Source of the DNA: Octopus bimaculoides
Taxonomy: Eukaryota
Direction of reading: 5' to 3'
NCBI RefSeq assembly: GCF_001194135.2
Contig: NC_068984.1
Location: 51,484,084-51,516,777 of the forward strand
DNA length: 32,694 nt
Position numbers and translations under genes: made by a program. Positions 11,758 through 23,021 of the stretch are shown here, one piece after another; position 1 is the first letter of the stretch; the number at the start of each line of letters is the position of its first letter. The notes beneath the pieces are model-generated. The model made no database searches. It was not told the DNA's origin and was given only the letters and a program-made list of their open reading frames with translations.

Positions 11758-11875
11758 AGAGTTGACTTTTTTGGAAAACTACTGGTACTCCAACAGAAGA
11801 GAAAAAATTTTGAATACCATCAGCCAATGAATCCATAAAGATACACTGGTCTGTGAATATCATTCGTTGGAAGAC
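11758..11875 (-). CDS. Fasciclin-I-like gene exon (118 nt, phase 0 to 1)
   Basis: tttatttcaaacag| VFQRMIFTDQCIFMDSLADGIQNFFSSVGVPVVFQKSQL+t |gtaagt; in frame with both neighbours. Confidence 0.9.
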
Positions 11876-11924
11876 CTGTTTGAAATAAAAATAAAGTTGT
11901 TATTTACAAGTATACAGGCATGGC

Positions 11925-12320
11925 TGTAAGGTTACTCAACAATGTGGTCTTGAGTTCAATCCCACTGTGTGCCACTTTAGGTAAGTGTTTGACTAAAGTC
12001 TTGTAAGTGGATTTGGTAGACCGAAACAGTAAGAAGCCTGTCGTACATACACATGTATGCGTGTGTGTGCGTGCATGCATGTGTGTGCATGTGCATGCAT
12101 GCATGTGTTTGTCGTTGTGCCTCTGTTTCTCCACCACCATTGATTGAATACCAATGGTGGTTTGTTTACATCCCCATAACCTAGTGGTTCAGCAAAAAGA
12201 TACCAAATGAAATAAGTATTAAGCTTTAAAATAAGTATTGAGGTCAATTCATTTAACTAAACCCTTCAAGGGGACACCCCAGTATGGCCACTGTTGAATG
12301 TCAAAGCAAGTAAAAGATAC
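11925..12320 (+). mobile_element. SINE family A
   Basis: Same head, microsatellite centre and 3' end as 1350-1693. Confidence 0.75.
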
Positions 12321-12834
12321 AGCATACTTTACAATACACTTCCCACAATATTTTTTTTAAAACCAAAATTGCAAGTCATAAAAGGAATAACTAAATGCTT
12401 AATTTCTTCAGTCACTTTATCCTATGTATTGGACAAATTTTCAGCATAAATTACAAAAGAAATATAAATTATAATTGAGCCACAGTTACTAATTCATTGG
12501 ACTCCTCTAAAACATGCGTATAACCAAGATCATGTTATTCTGACTCAGTGTTTGCTCACAGGTCATAAAGGATGGCTGCGTCTTCTCATAAACCACACAG
12601 ATTTAAGTAAATTGGTAATTTTTTGACCTAATATAAGCAAAATATTTATCTATGCCAAAAATTAAGCATATTGGATGCTGAATTCTTTAAGAATTTACTC
12701 AAAATGTGTTATTTACCTGTATTTTGATATGAATAGAAAACAAAATTTTAAATAGTTTTATTTTTTTATCCTTGAGTGAAGGGGTTAAAATATGTAAAAC
12801 TTCTGTGGAAACAAAACCACAGAGTTATACATAC

Positions 12835-13057
12835 CTTTTTCAGTACCTTAGGACTCTTCCAAATCTCTTTCCCAATATGATTTCGCATCATTATCTCAAT
12901 GGCAGTCCCATTTGGAATAAGCACAGTAAAATCACATTTCTGAAAACCACATCGTCTATAATTTGTTGACAGAAACCTACTATTAGAGTTATAAATTCTT
13001 TTATTGTCAGTTAGTTCTTGTTGCAGGCCAGTTATTTGCAATGCAGCATATGGTTGC
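12835..13057 (-). CDS. Fasciclin-I-like gene exon (223 nt, phase 2 to 0)
   Basis: ctttgtttcttgcctag| QPYAALQITGLQQELTDNKRIYNSNSRFLSTNYRRCGFQKCDFTVLIPNGTAIEIMMRNHIGKEIWKSPKVLKK |gtatgt; divergent H1 motif FTVLIPNG. Confidence 0.92.
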
Positions 13058-13102
13058 CTAGGCAAGAAACAAAGAGAAAATAAGAACAACAACAACAATA
13101 AT

Positions 13103-13305
13103 AATAATAATAATGGTTTCAAATTTTGGTACAAGGCCAACCTGTTCGGTAAGAAGGTAAGTCGATTACACTGACATCAGTCCTCAACTGGTACTTATTT
13201 TATCGACCCCCAAAGGGATGAAAGGCAAAGTCAACCTTGGCAGAATCGGAACTCATGACATAAAACTGGAGAAAATGCTGCTAACTATTCTGCCAGCTCA
13301 TCACT
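13103..13305 (-). mobile_element. SINE family B
   Basis: aattttggtacaaggcc...gtcgattac...gatgaaaggcaaagtc...ctgccagctc. Confidence 0.75.
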
Positions 13306-13321
13306 TTATATAATTATAATA

Positions 13322-13800
13322 CAGCAAATATTCTGCTTAATACCACAGATTTGCCTGTCAGTTTTTTGTCTTTAACCAGTTGAGTATGTCCCTTAGAGGC
13401 TGACGATATGTGCATCTCAAATCATGAGCAGAAGTAGTGGGGGAGTATTATAGTCATGTGTTGAGAGAAATTCTATGGAGTTCAAATAATTCACCTCTGG
13501 AAACATGAGTGTTTCATTCAACATCCTTAAACAACACTTATTCAAGGACCTTTTCAGTGGGATGGGCTACTCAACCTGAAGAAAATTCTAACTGGGCCCC
13601 ACCTGCAAGGTCATGCACTGTTTATCTTGATATGAGATCACCATGTCGTGCACATATGGCTGTGATGCATGTGCCTGTTAAAGGTACACCCTTAACATGA
13701 TGGGTAGTTATGATGGGTACACTAGACTTCATATATTTTACCCCAGTGTCACTTTGATGGCATGCTCTGCTTTCTCACTCAATAATAATAATGATGATGA
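13322..13800 (+). mobile_element. Retroposon 3' end with (AAT)n tail, family D
   Basis: Its 3' 170 bp match the reverse complement of 8125-8290; ends ctcactcaataataat. Confidence 0.6.
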
Positions 13801-13851
13801 TGACGATGATGATGATGATGATGATGATAATAATAATAATAATAATAATAA

Positions 13852-13970
13852 TGGTTTCAAATTTTGACCCAGGAGCAGCAGTCGATTACATCAGCCCCAG
13901 TGTTTCACTGGTACTTAGTTTATTAACCCTGAAAAAGGATGAAAGGTAAAGTTGACCTCAGCAAAATTAG
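13852..13970 (-). mobile_element. SINE family B, partial
   Basis: gtcgattacatc...ggtacttag...gatgaaaggtaaagttgacct. Confidence 0.65.
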
Positions 13971-13998
13971 AAATAATAATAATAAAAATAATATTATT

Positions 13999-14242
13999 TA
14001 CATTATTTACATTTGATGGATATTTGTCCTCATCTTGTTTGTTGTTAACACAACGTTTCAGCTGATGTACTCTCCAGCCTTCGTCAGGTGTCCTGGGGGA
14101 ATTTCAAACTTGGTTTCTCATTCCTAAGGTATTTTTCTGATGTTAATATTATTATTATTGTTATTATTATTATTATTATCATTATTCAGGTCACTGCTTG
14201 GTATTGAACTGGGAATCTTGGTTTAGTAGCCTATGGGCAATT
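13999..14242 (-). mobile_element. Penelope-like element, 3' terminal part (left arm, outer segment)
   Basis: Reverse complement of about 15905-16156; contains the hammerhead motif and an (AAT)n tract. Confidence 0.8.
14047..14092 (-). ncRNA. Minimal type I hammerhead ribozyme motif of a Penelope-like element
   Basis: Minus strand reads GACAC-CUGACGA-AGGCUG-gagaguacau-CAGCU-GAAA-CG-UU-GUGUU: CUGANGA and GAAA cores, stem II, stem I and a palindromic CG helix III. Confidence 0.75.
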
Positions 14243-14690
14243 CTTCTTTTTCTTTTTTCTTTCTTGCCTTTAACCCTCCAACGTGCAGTATAGGCCACTT
14301 ATAACTGAATTCCTTGTCGCACAATTTCTCGCTTCTGTACTTATACTCTGCCATGAATGTCCTCTTTTCTCTAGTTCCTTTTGTGTTGATCTACGCCACG
14401 AGTTCTTAGGCCTACCCCTCTTTCTATATCCATCTGGATTCCACTGTAAAGCACTTTTCGCTACATTTGGTGTGTCTTTTCTAATTATGCTACCAATCCA
14501 CTTCCACTTTCTCTTAAATATTTGTTCTCTAATCGGAACTTGATTCGTTCTTTGTCATAGCTCCATATTGCTTATGTGTTCTGGCCATCTAATTTTAAGT
14601 ATACTACGCAAGCACCTGTTGATGAATGATTGTATTTGCTTATTTGACTTAACTGTTGTTCTCCATGTCTCAGCTCCATACAATAACACC
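14243..14690 (-). mobile_element. 5'-truncated RTE-clade LINE inserted into the Penelope-like element
   Basis: Minus strand VLLYGAETWRTT...RCLRSILKIRWPEHISN...KWKWIG...RGRPKNSWRRS with one stop and a frameshift; 10-bp TSD ATGGGCAATT at 14233-14242 and 14691-14700. Confidence 0.9.
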
Positions 14691-15335
14691 ATGGGCAATT
14701 ATGGAGTGAATTTTAGGGCTTATAAATCTAATATTTTCCTATCCTTCCTTAATACTGGTTCCCATATGCTACTCATATCTGCATTAGGTCTGCTTAGGAG
14801 GTTATTATGTCATAGCATATGTGCTGCCTCTTTTAGTTTTCGTATTTTCCAGTGGTGTTCTCTGTCTATTATTTTAACTTCATCCCAAAGGGGGAGGTGG
14901 TCTCTGTTTTTCCATACATGATCAGCTATACCCGATTTATCAATATCTCCTTGTGTAACAGTTTTGCGATGTTCCTCTACCCATATTTTGAGGGGGTGAC
15001 ATGTTTCACCTTTGTATAACTTACCACAGCTGCATAAGATGGAGTACACGCAGTCTTTGGTCATATTCTCTTCTATTGGTGGTTTTAATTGAAGGAGATA
15101 TTTGCAAAGTGTTGTATTACTCTTGAATACTGTCCTGTCATATGGACTGCATATCTTTTGTATCTTTTCAGAGAGGCCTTTCACATAGGGTAGACAGACT
15201 GTGGTCAGTTTATGGGTTTCATCCTCTCTTCTCTTCATAATTGGAGTGGATAGTATGTTTTAGGGGTAGTTGTTGCTTAATAGATTGTTACTTAGCTTGA
15301 TCATTTTTTTCGTGGTGTGTATCACGATCGCTACT
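14691..15335 (-). mobile_element. Penelope-like element fragment encoding a GIY-YIG endonuclease (left arm)
   Basis: ORF 14810-15238: LPYVKGLSEKIQKIC...CVYSILCSCGKLYKGET...EEH...SGIADHVW...KLKEAAH, typical of the PLE C-terminal GIY-YIG domain. Confidence 0.9.
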
Positions 15336-15434
15336 TATATTCTTCACTCGATGTTTTAGGCACTGAGCAATCCCTTTCTTTACACTGTATGGATGGTGGG
15401 AATTGAAGTTGAGCTATCGTTCAGTGAAGATATA

Positions 15435-16156
15435 AAAAGATACAAAAGATATGCGGCCCATATGACATCAGGACAGTATTCAAGAGTAATACAACACTTC
15501 ACAAATATCTCCTTCGAGTAAAACCACAATAGAAGAGAATATGACCAAAGACTGAGTGTACTCCATCTCATGCAGCTGTGATAGGTTATACAAAGGCGAA
15601 ACATGTCGCCCCCCCTCTAAATACAGGTAGAGGAACATTGCAAAGCTGTGATACAAGGAGATATTGATAAATCAAGTATAGCTGATCATGTATGGTAAAA
15701 CAGAGGCCACCTCCCCCTTTGGGATGAAGTTAAAATAATATACAGAGAACACCACTGGAATATACGAAAGCTAAAAGAAGCAGCACATATGCTACGACAT
15801 AATAACCTCCTAAGCAGACTGAGTGCAGATATGAATAGCATATGGGAACCGGTATTAAGGAAGTACGGGGAAATATTAGATTTATAAGCCCTAAAATCCA
15901 CTCCATAATTGCCCACAGGCATATGACATAGTGGTTAAGAGCACAGGCTACTAACCCCAAAATTCCAAGTTCAATTCCAAGCAATGACCTGAATAATAAT
16001 AATAACAACAACAACATCTGACAAATACCTTAGGAATGAGAACCCAGGTTCAAAATTTCTCCAAGACACCTAATGAAGGATGGAGAGTACATCAGCCAAA
16101 ATGTTGTGTTAACAACAAACAAGATGAGGACAACTTCAGCCAAATATAAATAATGT
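15435..16156 (+). mobile_element. Second, more degenerate Penelope-like copy in inverted orientation (right arm)
   Basis: Homologous to the reverse complement of 14691-15168 plus 13999-14242; stops and frameshifts in the GIY-YIG region; mutated hammerhead at 16065-16110. Confidence 0.88.
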
Positions 16157-16209
16157 ACATAATTCCTCATCTCTCAAATATAGAACTGTATAAAAATAAT
16201 AGTAATAAT

Positions 16210-16420
16210 AATGGTCTCAAATTTTTCCACAAGGGCAGCAATTTTGGGGAGGGAGTGAATCGATTACATCGACCCCATTACTCAAATGGCACTTATTTTA
16301 TCAACCCCAAAAGGATGAAAGGCAAAGTTGATCTTGGCAGAATTTGAACTCGGGATGTAAAGATAGATGAAATGCCACTAAGCATTTTGTACAGTATACT
16401 ACTAATTCTGGCAGACCATC
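16210..16420 (-). mobile_element. SINE family B
   Basis: cgattacatcgaccc...ggatgaaaggcaaagttg...atttgaactc...aagcatttt. Confidence 0.75.
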
Positions 16421-16639
16421 TTATCTTATAATAAAACCTCCCAAGAGGTTAAAGATGAGGGGTTAAAGCAGGGCTTCTCAAACATTTTTTATCTATGGAC
16501 CCCTTTGATTATTATTAACCTCTGATGATTNNNNNNNNNNAAATGCCACTAAGCATTTTGTACAGTATACTACTAATTCTGGCAGACCATCTTATCTTAT
16601 AATAAAACCTCCCAAGAGGTTAAAGATGAGGGGTTAAAG

Positions 16640-17013
16640 CAGGGCTTCTCAAACATTTTTTATCTATGGACCCCTTTGATTATTATTAACCTCTGATGAT
16701 TACTATTAACCTATGACCCCCCCCCCCGCCATAGCCATTCAATGTTCAAAAACTAGTATTTTAGAAACTTCATTCAAAATTCCTATTTTGTTTTTCACAC
16801 ATTAACTTGCATAGGTTGAACTTTGTAAAATGTTGGAAAAAGAAACCCAGCTGTTTCTTGCAATACATCACAATACATAAATTTAAAGCAAACATTTTTT
16901 AGGGGCTCTTAAAATATTATTGTGGATCTCCAATTTACTATTCTGTTGCACGGACCTCCCAAAATCTTATATGGACCTTCATGGACCATATGAACCTCGT
17001 TTGAGAACTATTG
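16640..17013. mobile_element. hAT (Charlie-type) MITE
   Basis: TIRs CAGGGCTTCTCAAAC / GTTTGAGAACTATTG; 8-bp TSD ggttaaag (16632-16639) / ggttaatg (17014-17021). Confidence 0.8.
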
Positions 17014-17647
17014 GGTTAATGCATGAAAGAAGGGGAGGAGGGAGGGGCATGTAAGTTCTTGTAGAGAAGCTACATGGTTACTCATCTTTCGGCAAGAGAA
17101 TGAGAATAATCAGGAGTTGTAAGTCAAGGTGGCTCCTCAAGGTAGAAGGTGAGTAGAAATATATTGAGACAGAGGAATTAGGAGGGTGAGTGAATAAAGC
17201 ATTAAATGGCTATGACAATTAGTGCCTTTAATCTGTGGTCTGCTCATTCAGTACTGAGCTGACAACAAAATACAAAGGATTTCTAACATTAATACAGAAC
17301 CAGAAATTATTTTAGGGTGCAACAAGCAATTAAATTATTTGATTGGTGTATTTTTGTTTGATTTGATCTCCTCCTTTGATCATTTGATTGAAGTATTTTT
17401 AATAACCTCAAGGAGGATGAAAATTCAAGTCAAACCCAGTAAAATTTTAACTTGGAACACTGAGTAATGTATGTAACAACTGCATGGTATTTTATCTGGC
17501 TTTCTACCATTTTTACTCTACTAATAACAATAAAAGTGAATTCCATGTCCAAAGTTTTGGTGAAGGATATTATTGATTGTATCAATGCCCAATAATTGAT
17601 TATTACTTGTTTTATCAACATCAGAAGAATGAATTGAACGGTTCACC

Positions 17648-18448
17648 CGTGGCGTGCAAGAGAGACGATTGCGCTGGTATGGACATGTGGTGAGAATGGA
17701 GGAGGATAGCTGCGTGAAAAAGTGCCACACCCTAACAGTTGAGGGAACCCGTGGAAGAGGTAGGCCCAGGAAGACCTGGGCTGAGGTGGTGAGGCAAGAC
17801 CTTCGTACATTGGGCCTCACCGAGGCGATGACTACTGACCGAGACCTTTGGAAATGTGCTGTGCGTGAGAAGACCCGGCAAGCCAAGTAAGATCGTTGCC
17901 AGTGCCCCTGGACTGGTTCTTGTGCGGGTGGCACATGAGATGCACCATTTTGAGCGTGGCCATTGCNNNNNNNNNNNNNNNNNNNNNNNNNNNNNNNNNN
18001 NNNNNNNNNNNNNNNNNNNNNNNNNNNNNNNNNNNNNNNNNNNNNNNNNNNNNNNNNNNNNNNNNNNNNNNNNNNNNNNNNNNNNNNNNNNNNNNNNNNN
18101 NNNNNNNNNNNNNNNNNNNNNNNNNNNNNNNNNNNNNNNNNNNNNNNNNNNNNNNNNNNNNNNNNNNNNNNNNNNNNNNNNNNNNNNNNNNNNNGGACTG
18201 GCTTGTGCGGGTGGCACATAAAAGACACCATTTCGAGCGTGGCCGTTTTCGTGCGGGTGACAGGTAAAAACACCCACTACACTCTCTGAGTGGTTGGCGT
18301 TAGGAAGGGCATCCAGCTGTAGAAACTCTGCCAAATCAGACTGGAGCCTGGTGTTGCCATCCGGTTTCACCAGTCCTCAGTCAAATCGTCCAACCCATGC
18401 TAGCATGGAAAGCGGACGTTAAACGATGATGATGATGATGATGATGAT
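17648..18448 (+). mobile_element. RTE-clade LINE 3' fragment with (GAT)n tail (spans a gap)
   Basis: QERRLRWYGHVVRMEEDSCVKKCHTLTVEGTRGRGRPRKTW at 17654-17890; 3' UTR shared with other copies; CpGs retained. Confidence 0.9.
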
Positions 18449-18769
18449 AACTAAATGCAAAAAATCACTTTCTCTACTGCTTTACATATTCTGTCATCTT
18501 TCATGAAAACAATAATGATTATTTATTTATTTTGTTATAAGGACACGCACACAAGTAAGAGAAGAATATATAACAAAGAAACACAGTAGTGGTTGTGGTG
18601 GTGATTATAATGACAACAAAAATGAGGAAAAAACAAGGGAGATAAGAAAGACGACCTAAAATAAAACAGTCCAGTAGAAGACAGGAATTCATTAACTAAG
18701 TAATCAATTGATTAGTTAATAACTTTAAGGGATTAATACAAATAATTGAAAGGAAAAATAATATTTTAC

Positions 18770-18920
18770 TCTTGAAGCCAAGGATGATTGTCGATCAGGC
18801 TAGGAATATCCATATCAGGAATGCCAAATATTCGGTCAATCTTTTGAACCAAGCCATTAGTGCAGCCAATGTCTGTACTAAGAAGCTTCGCTTTAACACC
18901 AACACTATCAACATAACGAT
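18770..18920 (-). CDS. Fasciclin-I-like gene exon (151 nt, phase 1 to 2)
   Basis: ctcctttctcttcag| (D)RYVDSVGVKAKLLSTDIGCTNGLVQKIDRIFGIPDMDIPSLIDNHPWLQ(E) |gtaaaa; H2 motif CTNGLVQKIDRIF. Confidence 0.93.
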
Positions 18921-19781
18921 CTGAAGAGAAAGGAGAAGATCAAATCAAACAAAAACAAATCAACAAAATTGAAACAATGTTTTAACACTATAAAATATAT
19001 GCCCAAATGTGTGTATAGGGGGTGTATGTATGTATTCATACCCACTCACACAAACAAACACTTTGTGTGTGAACTAAATAGGGATTACATATCTGGATCA
19101 CAATTATTTGTTTGACTGGCTCTTTGGTACCGACCCATGGACTTGCACAGTTGACCAAAAGATTGACTGAACAAAACCATGATCCAGGAGTGTGATCCTT
19201 CTTTATCTTACCTATAAATAAATATACATAACAAATATCACGGACACTACTGAATTGGAAGCAGTTCAAAAGTCCTCAAAAGCAAAACTGGTTCCATGCA
19301 CCAGCTAAATTACATTTAAGAAATGAATAAAGAAGGAAAAGTCATCAATCTTTGGTACTAAAAGTTATGCAAGTCCTCTGCTGGGTGGTATGACAAGGAG
19401 CCAGAAGTACAGCATTTACCATCTTAAATAAGGACTAGATACTGCACTAGGTTGTACTTCAAAGTCCTGCAGCTATTCATAATATGCTGTCAAGTATGAA
19501 AAACACGCAGCATGATGCCAACACATTCAACAAGTACCAGGTCATTTTGCTGCATAAGATTCCAGATGAACTACTATTAAACCTTGGGAGAGGCATTATG
19601 CCGGTAATAAATACACGCACTGGTTCGGTCCTTTATTTATTTATAAACAGTATTTATTTATAAACAGTATTTCCAGATGAACTTACACTATAAAAGTAAT
19701 GCATAAGAGAGTAGTAGCATCAAACATCCTCAAGCAAAAGGAACAGATCAATTAAAGATAAGCTCTAGAAAATATACTTAC

Positions 19782-19908
19782 CATAATCAAAATTGTAGGC
19801 TTTAAGATAATAACCTGCCATAGAACGCATTTTTTCCCTGGCATCATATTCTCCTCCAATTTGGACCAATTGCCATTTGAGATCACGAATAATGTGAAAT
19901 TTTACAAT
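19782..19908 (-). CDS. Fasciclin-I-like gene exon (127 nt, phase 0 to 1)
   Basis: cttattttaaag| IVKFHIIRDLKWQLVQIGGEYDAREKMRSMAGYYLKAYNFDY+g |gtaagt; FH at the FAS1 YH-motif position. Confidence 0.92.
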
Positions 19909-20377
19909 CTTTAAAATAAGAATAACATATTCTATAGACATTTAAAACATATTCACATGCACTTATGTACATATAAACATGTTTGTACAAACAAGCACAC
20001 ACACACATATATGCCTACATTTAATATATTTCTTCAAATCTGATGATTCACTCTGTTGGTTTTAATATGGGGAAGCCCTTTGGCAGCAAAAAAATGAATG
20101 GATAACTTTTCTTTTATGGAATTCAGGAATGTGAAACATCAAATTATCTGTTTTACATTGGTTAGCTTTGGTCAGATGATAATGTTTAGTGTGCACTGTA
20201 GGAACAGGCAGCAAAGTCAAGTCAGCAGGCAGTAGATGGTGGCAGGGCAGCATTTGGATAAATGTTCAATTTACTTACCAATCACGAAGGATGAGTGAGA
20301 TTACAACTAGGTGAGAATGAATAGTGATTAACTATATAATGTAGTGTGATCATCATCTTCATTATTCATCATCATCA

Positions 20378-21350
20378 TTTAATGTCCATTTTCCATGCTC
20401 GCGTGGGTTGGACGGTTTGACTGAAAACTGGTAGGCTGGGGAACTGCATCAGGTTCCAATTTGATTTGGCATGGTTTCAACAGCTGGATGTCCTTCCTAA
20501 TGCCAACCACTCCAAGAGTGTAGTAGGAGTTTTTACATGCTACCAGCAAAGGTACCAGATAAGTAACACCAGCACCAGTCACAACTATGATCTCAAAACA
20601 CAGTATATTGCCAAAGGGCTCAGTCACCTGTCACTGCTTCCATGAAGCCCAATGTTCGAATGGTACTTTTTACATGCCACCAGCATGGGTGCCAGTTATA
20701 CAACATTGATGCCAGTCATGACTATGATTTCACTTGGCTTGACAAGTTTTCTCAAGCATAGCATATCGTCAAAGGTTTCGGTCACTTGTCATTGCCTCCA
20801 TGAGGCCCAACATTTGAAGATCATGCTTCACCACCTCATCCCATATCTTTCTGGGTCTAAAATTATCCATAAGTTCCCCCCACCATTAGAGTTCAGCACA
20901 TCTTCACCCAGCTGTCCTCATCCATACACATCATGTGACCATACCAGCACAGTCATCTCTCTTGCACACCACATCTGATGCCTCTTATGCCCAACTTTTC
21001 TCTCAAGACGCTTACACTCTGTCATACATGCACGCTGACATTACACATCCAGCAAAGCATAATAGCTCAATTTCTTTGAAGCCTACGCTTGTCCTCAGTG
21101 GTTTCAGCCTATTTTTCACTGCCATGTAGCATGGCTGTTCATGCACAGACACCATACAATCTGCCTTTCAGTCTGAGAGAGAGGTCCTTTGTTACCAACA
21201 GAGGTAGAAGTTCCCTGAACTGTGCCCAATCTATTCTTATTCTAGCTGCTACACTCTCAAAGCATCCACCCCTGCTACTGACTTGGTTACCTAGGTAAGA
21301 GAAGTTAGCAACTACTTCTAGTCTTCCCCACTGGTATTTGATGGAGTTCA
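20378..21350 (-). mobile_element. Degenerate RTE-clade LINE fragment
   Basis: FSYLGNQVSSRGGCFESVAARIRIDWAQFRELLPLL (21139-21351 ORF) plus the shared 3' UTR and (GAT)n tail. Confidence 0.85.
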
Positions 21351-22255
21351 TTTTCTGTGATAAAGATGAAAATTAGTATTATATTGGTGATGTAGTGCAC
21401 ACGCAAACAATGAACTGTACAGGTAATGGTGAGAATGATTAGGGATTCTTTCTTTCTACTTTCTGCCTTCCTATAGGGAAGACGTGAATTTTTTTGTCTC
21501 TCATTCACATCTAACTTCGCATTCAAAATAATAATTTTTCTATCGTCTTGGCCTAACAGCCCTTAACGTTTGTTTTCACTGTTCTGTCTTGTTTTTACTG
21601 TCTTTTACTGTCTTGTTCTCACTGTCCTGTTCTTGTTTACACTTTCACTCTCCGCAAAAAATTCCAAATTTAATTGGATTGCTTTGCGGGAAGGACTGTT
21701 CCAATGATGTCGCATATTGTCCTTGCCTTCGAAACACGGAGTAGATGGAACTGGGACAACTGAAGAAGGGAAATATTCTTTATGTTGCATGTTTCGTTTC
21801 TCTGTTTGTCTTTTTTCGTTGTTCGAAAAAAAGTTCGTTTTCTGTCTTNNNNNNNNNNNNNNNNNNNNNNNNNNNNNNNNNNNNNNNNNNNNNNNNNNNN
21901 NNNNNNNNNNNNNNNNNNNNNNNNNNNNNNNNNNNNNNNNNNNNNNNNNNNNNNNNNNNNNNNNNNNNNNNNNNNNNNNNNNNNNNNNNNNNNNNNNNNN
22001 NNNNNNNNNNNNNNNNNNNNNNNNNNNNNNNNNNNNNNNNNNNNNNNNNNNNNNNNNNNNNNNNNNNNNNNNNNNNNNNNNNNNNNNNNNNNNNNNNNNN
22101 NNNNNNNNNNNNNNNNNNNNNNNNNNNNNNNNNNNNNNNNNNNNNNNNNNNNNNNNNNNNNNNNNNNNNNNNNNNNNNNNNNNNNNNNNNNNNNNNNNNN
22201 NNNNNNNNNNNNNNNNNNNNNNNNNNNNNNNNNNNNNNNNNNNNNNNNNNNNNNN

Positions 22256-22288
<33 letters not shown>

Positions 22289-22344
22289 TACATGCATCTG
22301 TACACATACATATATACATGGATATATACACATACATATATACA

Positions 22345-22532
22345 AATGGTACCTGTGCTGGTGGCACATAAAACTGCCCATTACACTCTTACAGTGTTAG
22401 GAAGGGCATCCAGCCATAGAAACCATGCCAAATCAGACTGGGGTCTGGTGCAGCCTTCCAGCTTGCCAGACCTGGTCAAACCGTCCAACCCATGCCAGCA
22501 TGGACAACAGACGTTAAAGGTGATGATGATGA

Positions 22533-22535
<3 letters not shown>
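22345..22535 (+). mobile_element. RTE LINE 3' UTR fragment
   Basis: ggtggcacataaa...gaagggcatccagc...ccatgccagcatgga...gatgatgat. Confidence 0.75.
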
Positions 22536-22658
<123 letters not shown>

Positions 22659-23021
22659 ATTAGATCAAAATAAGTCAGGAGATGTGAGGGGTGAATAACC
22701 ACTTGATAATACTTATAGGAGTATAAGCTATTTCACAGCCTTCATCATAAAATAAGATTTTCAGTGTATAATAAATCATTTTACATGTCTGTACCACTAT
22801 GTATGCTACACATTACACAATACAACTGTACAATTACAAATCACTGCAGATATAGAAGGCTAGCTCTTCAGATTACCAGAACACCATGGTTACATCAATG
22901 CTTCAACTCTACATATACTCAGAAAATTATCCTTTATATATATACAATATGTGGAAGACCATTAATTGATAAAATTAGATTGATATTGCCATTAAAGAGT
23001 CAATGCAAATAATGATGACTG

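Noticed and set aside
16065-16110. Second hammerhead copy as an active ribozyme
   Set aside because: The core is mutated (CUAAUGA and AAAA instead of CUGANGA and GAAA).
16370-16701. Exact 161-bp tandem duplication (16370-16530 = 16541-16701)
   Set aside because: Identical copies straddle a 10-N gap and cut through a SINE and a MITE end; this is the signature of an unmerged contig overlap.
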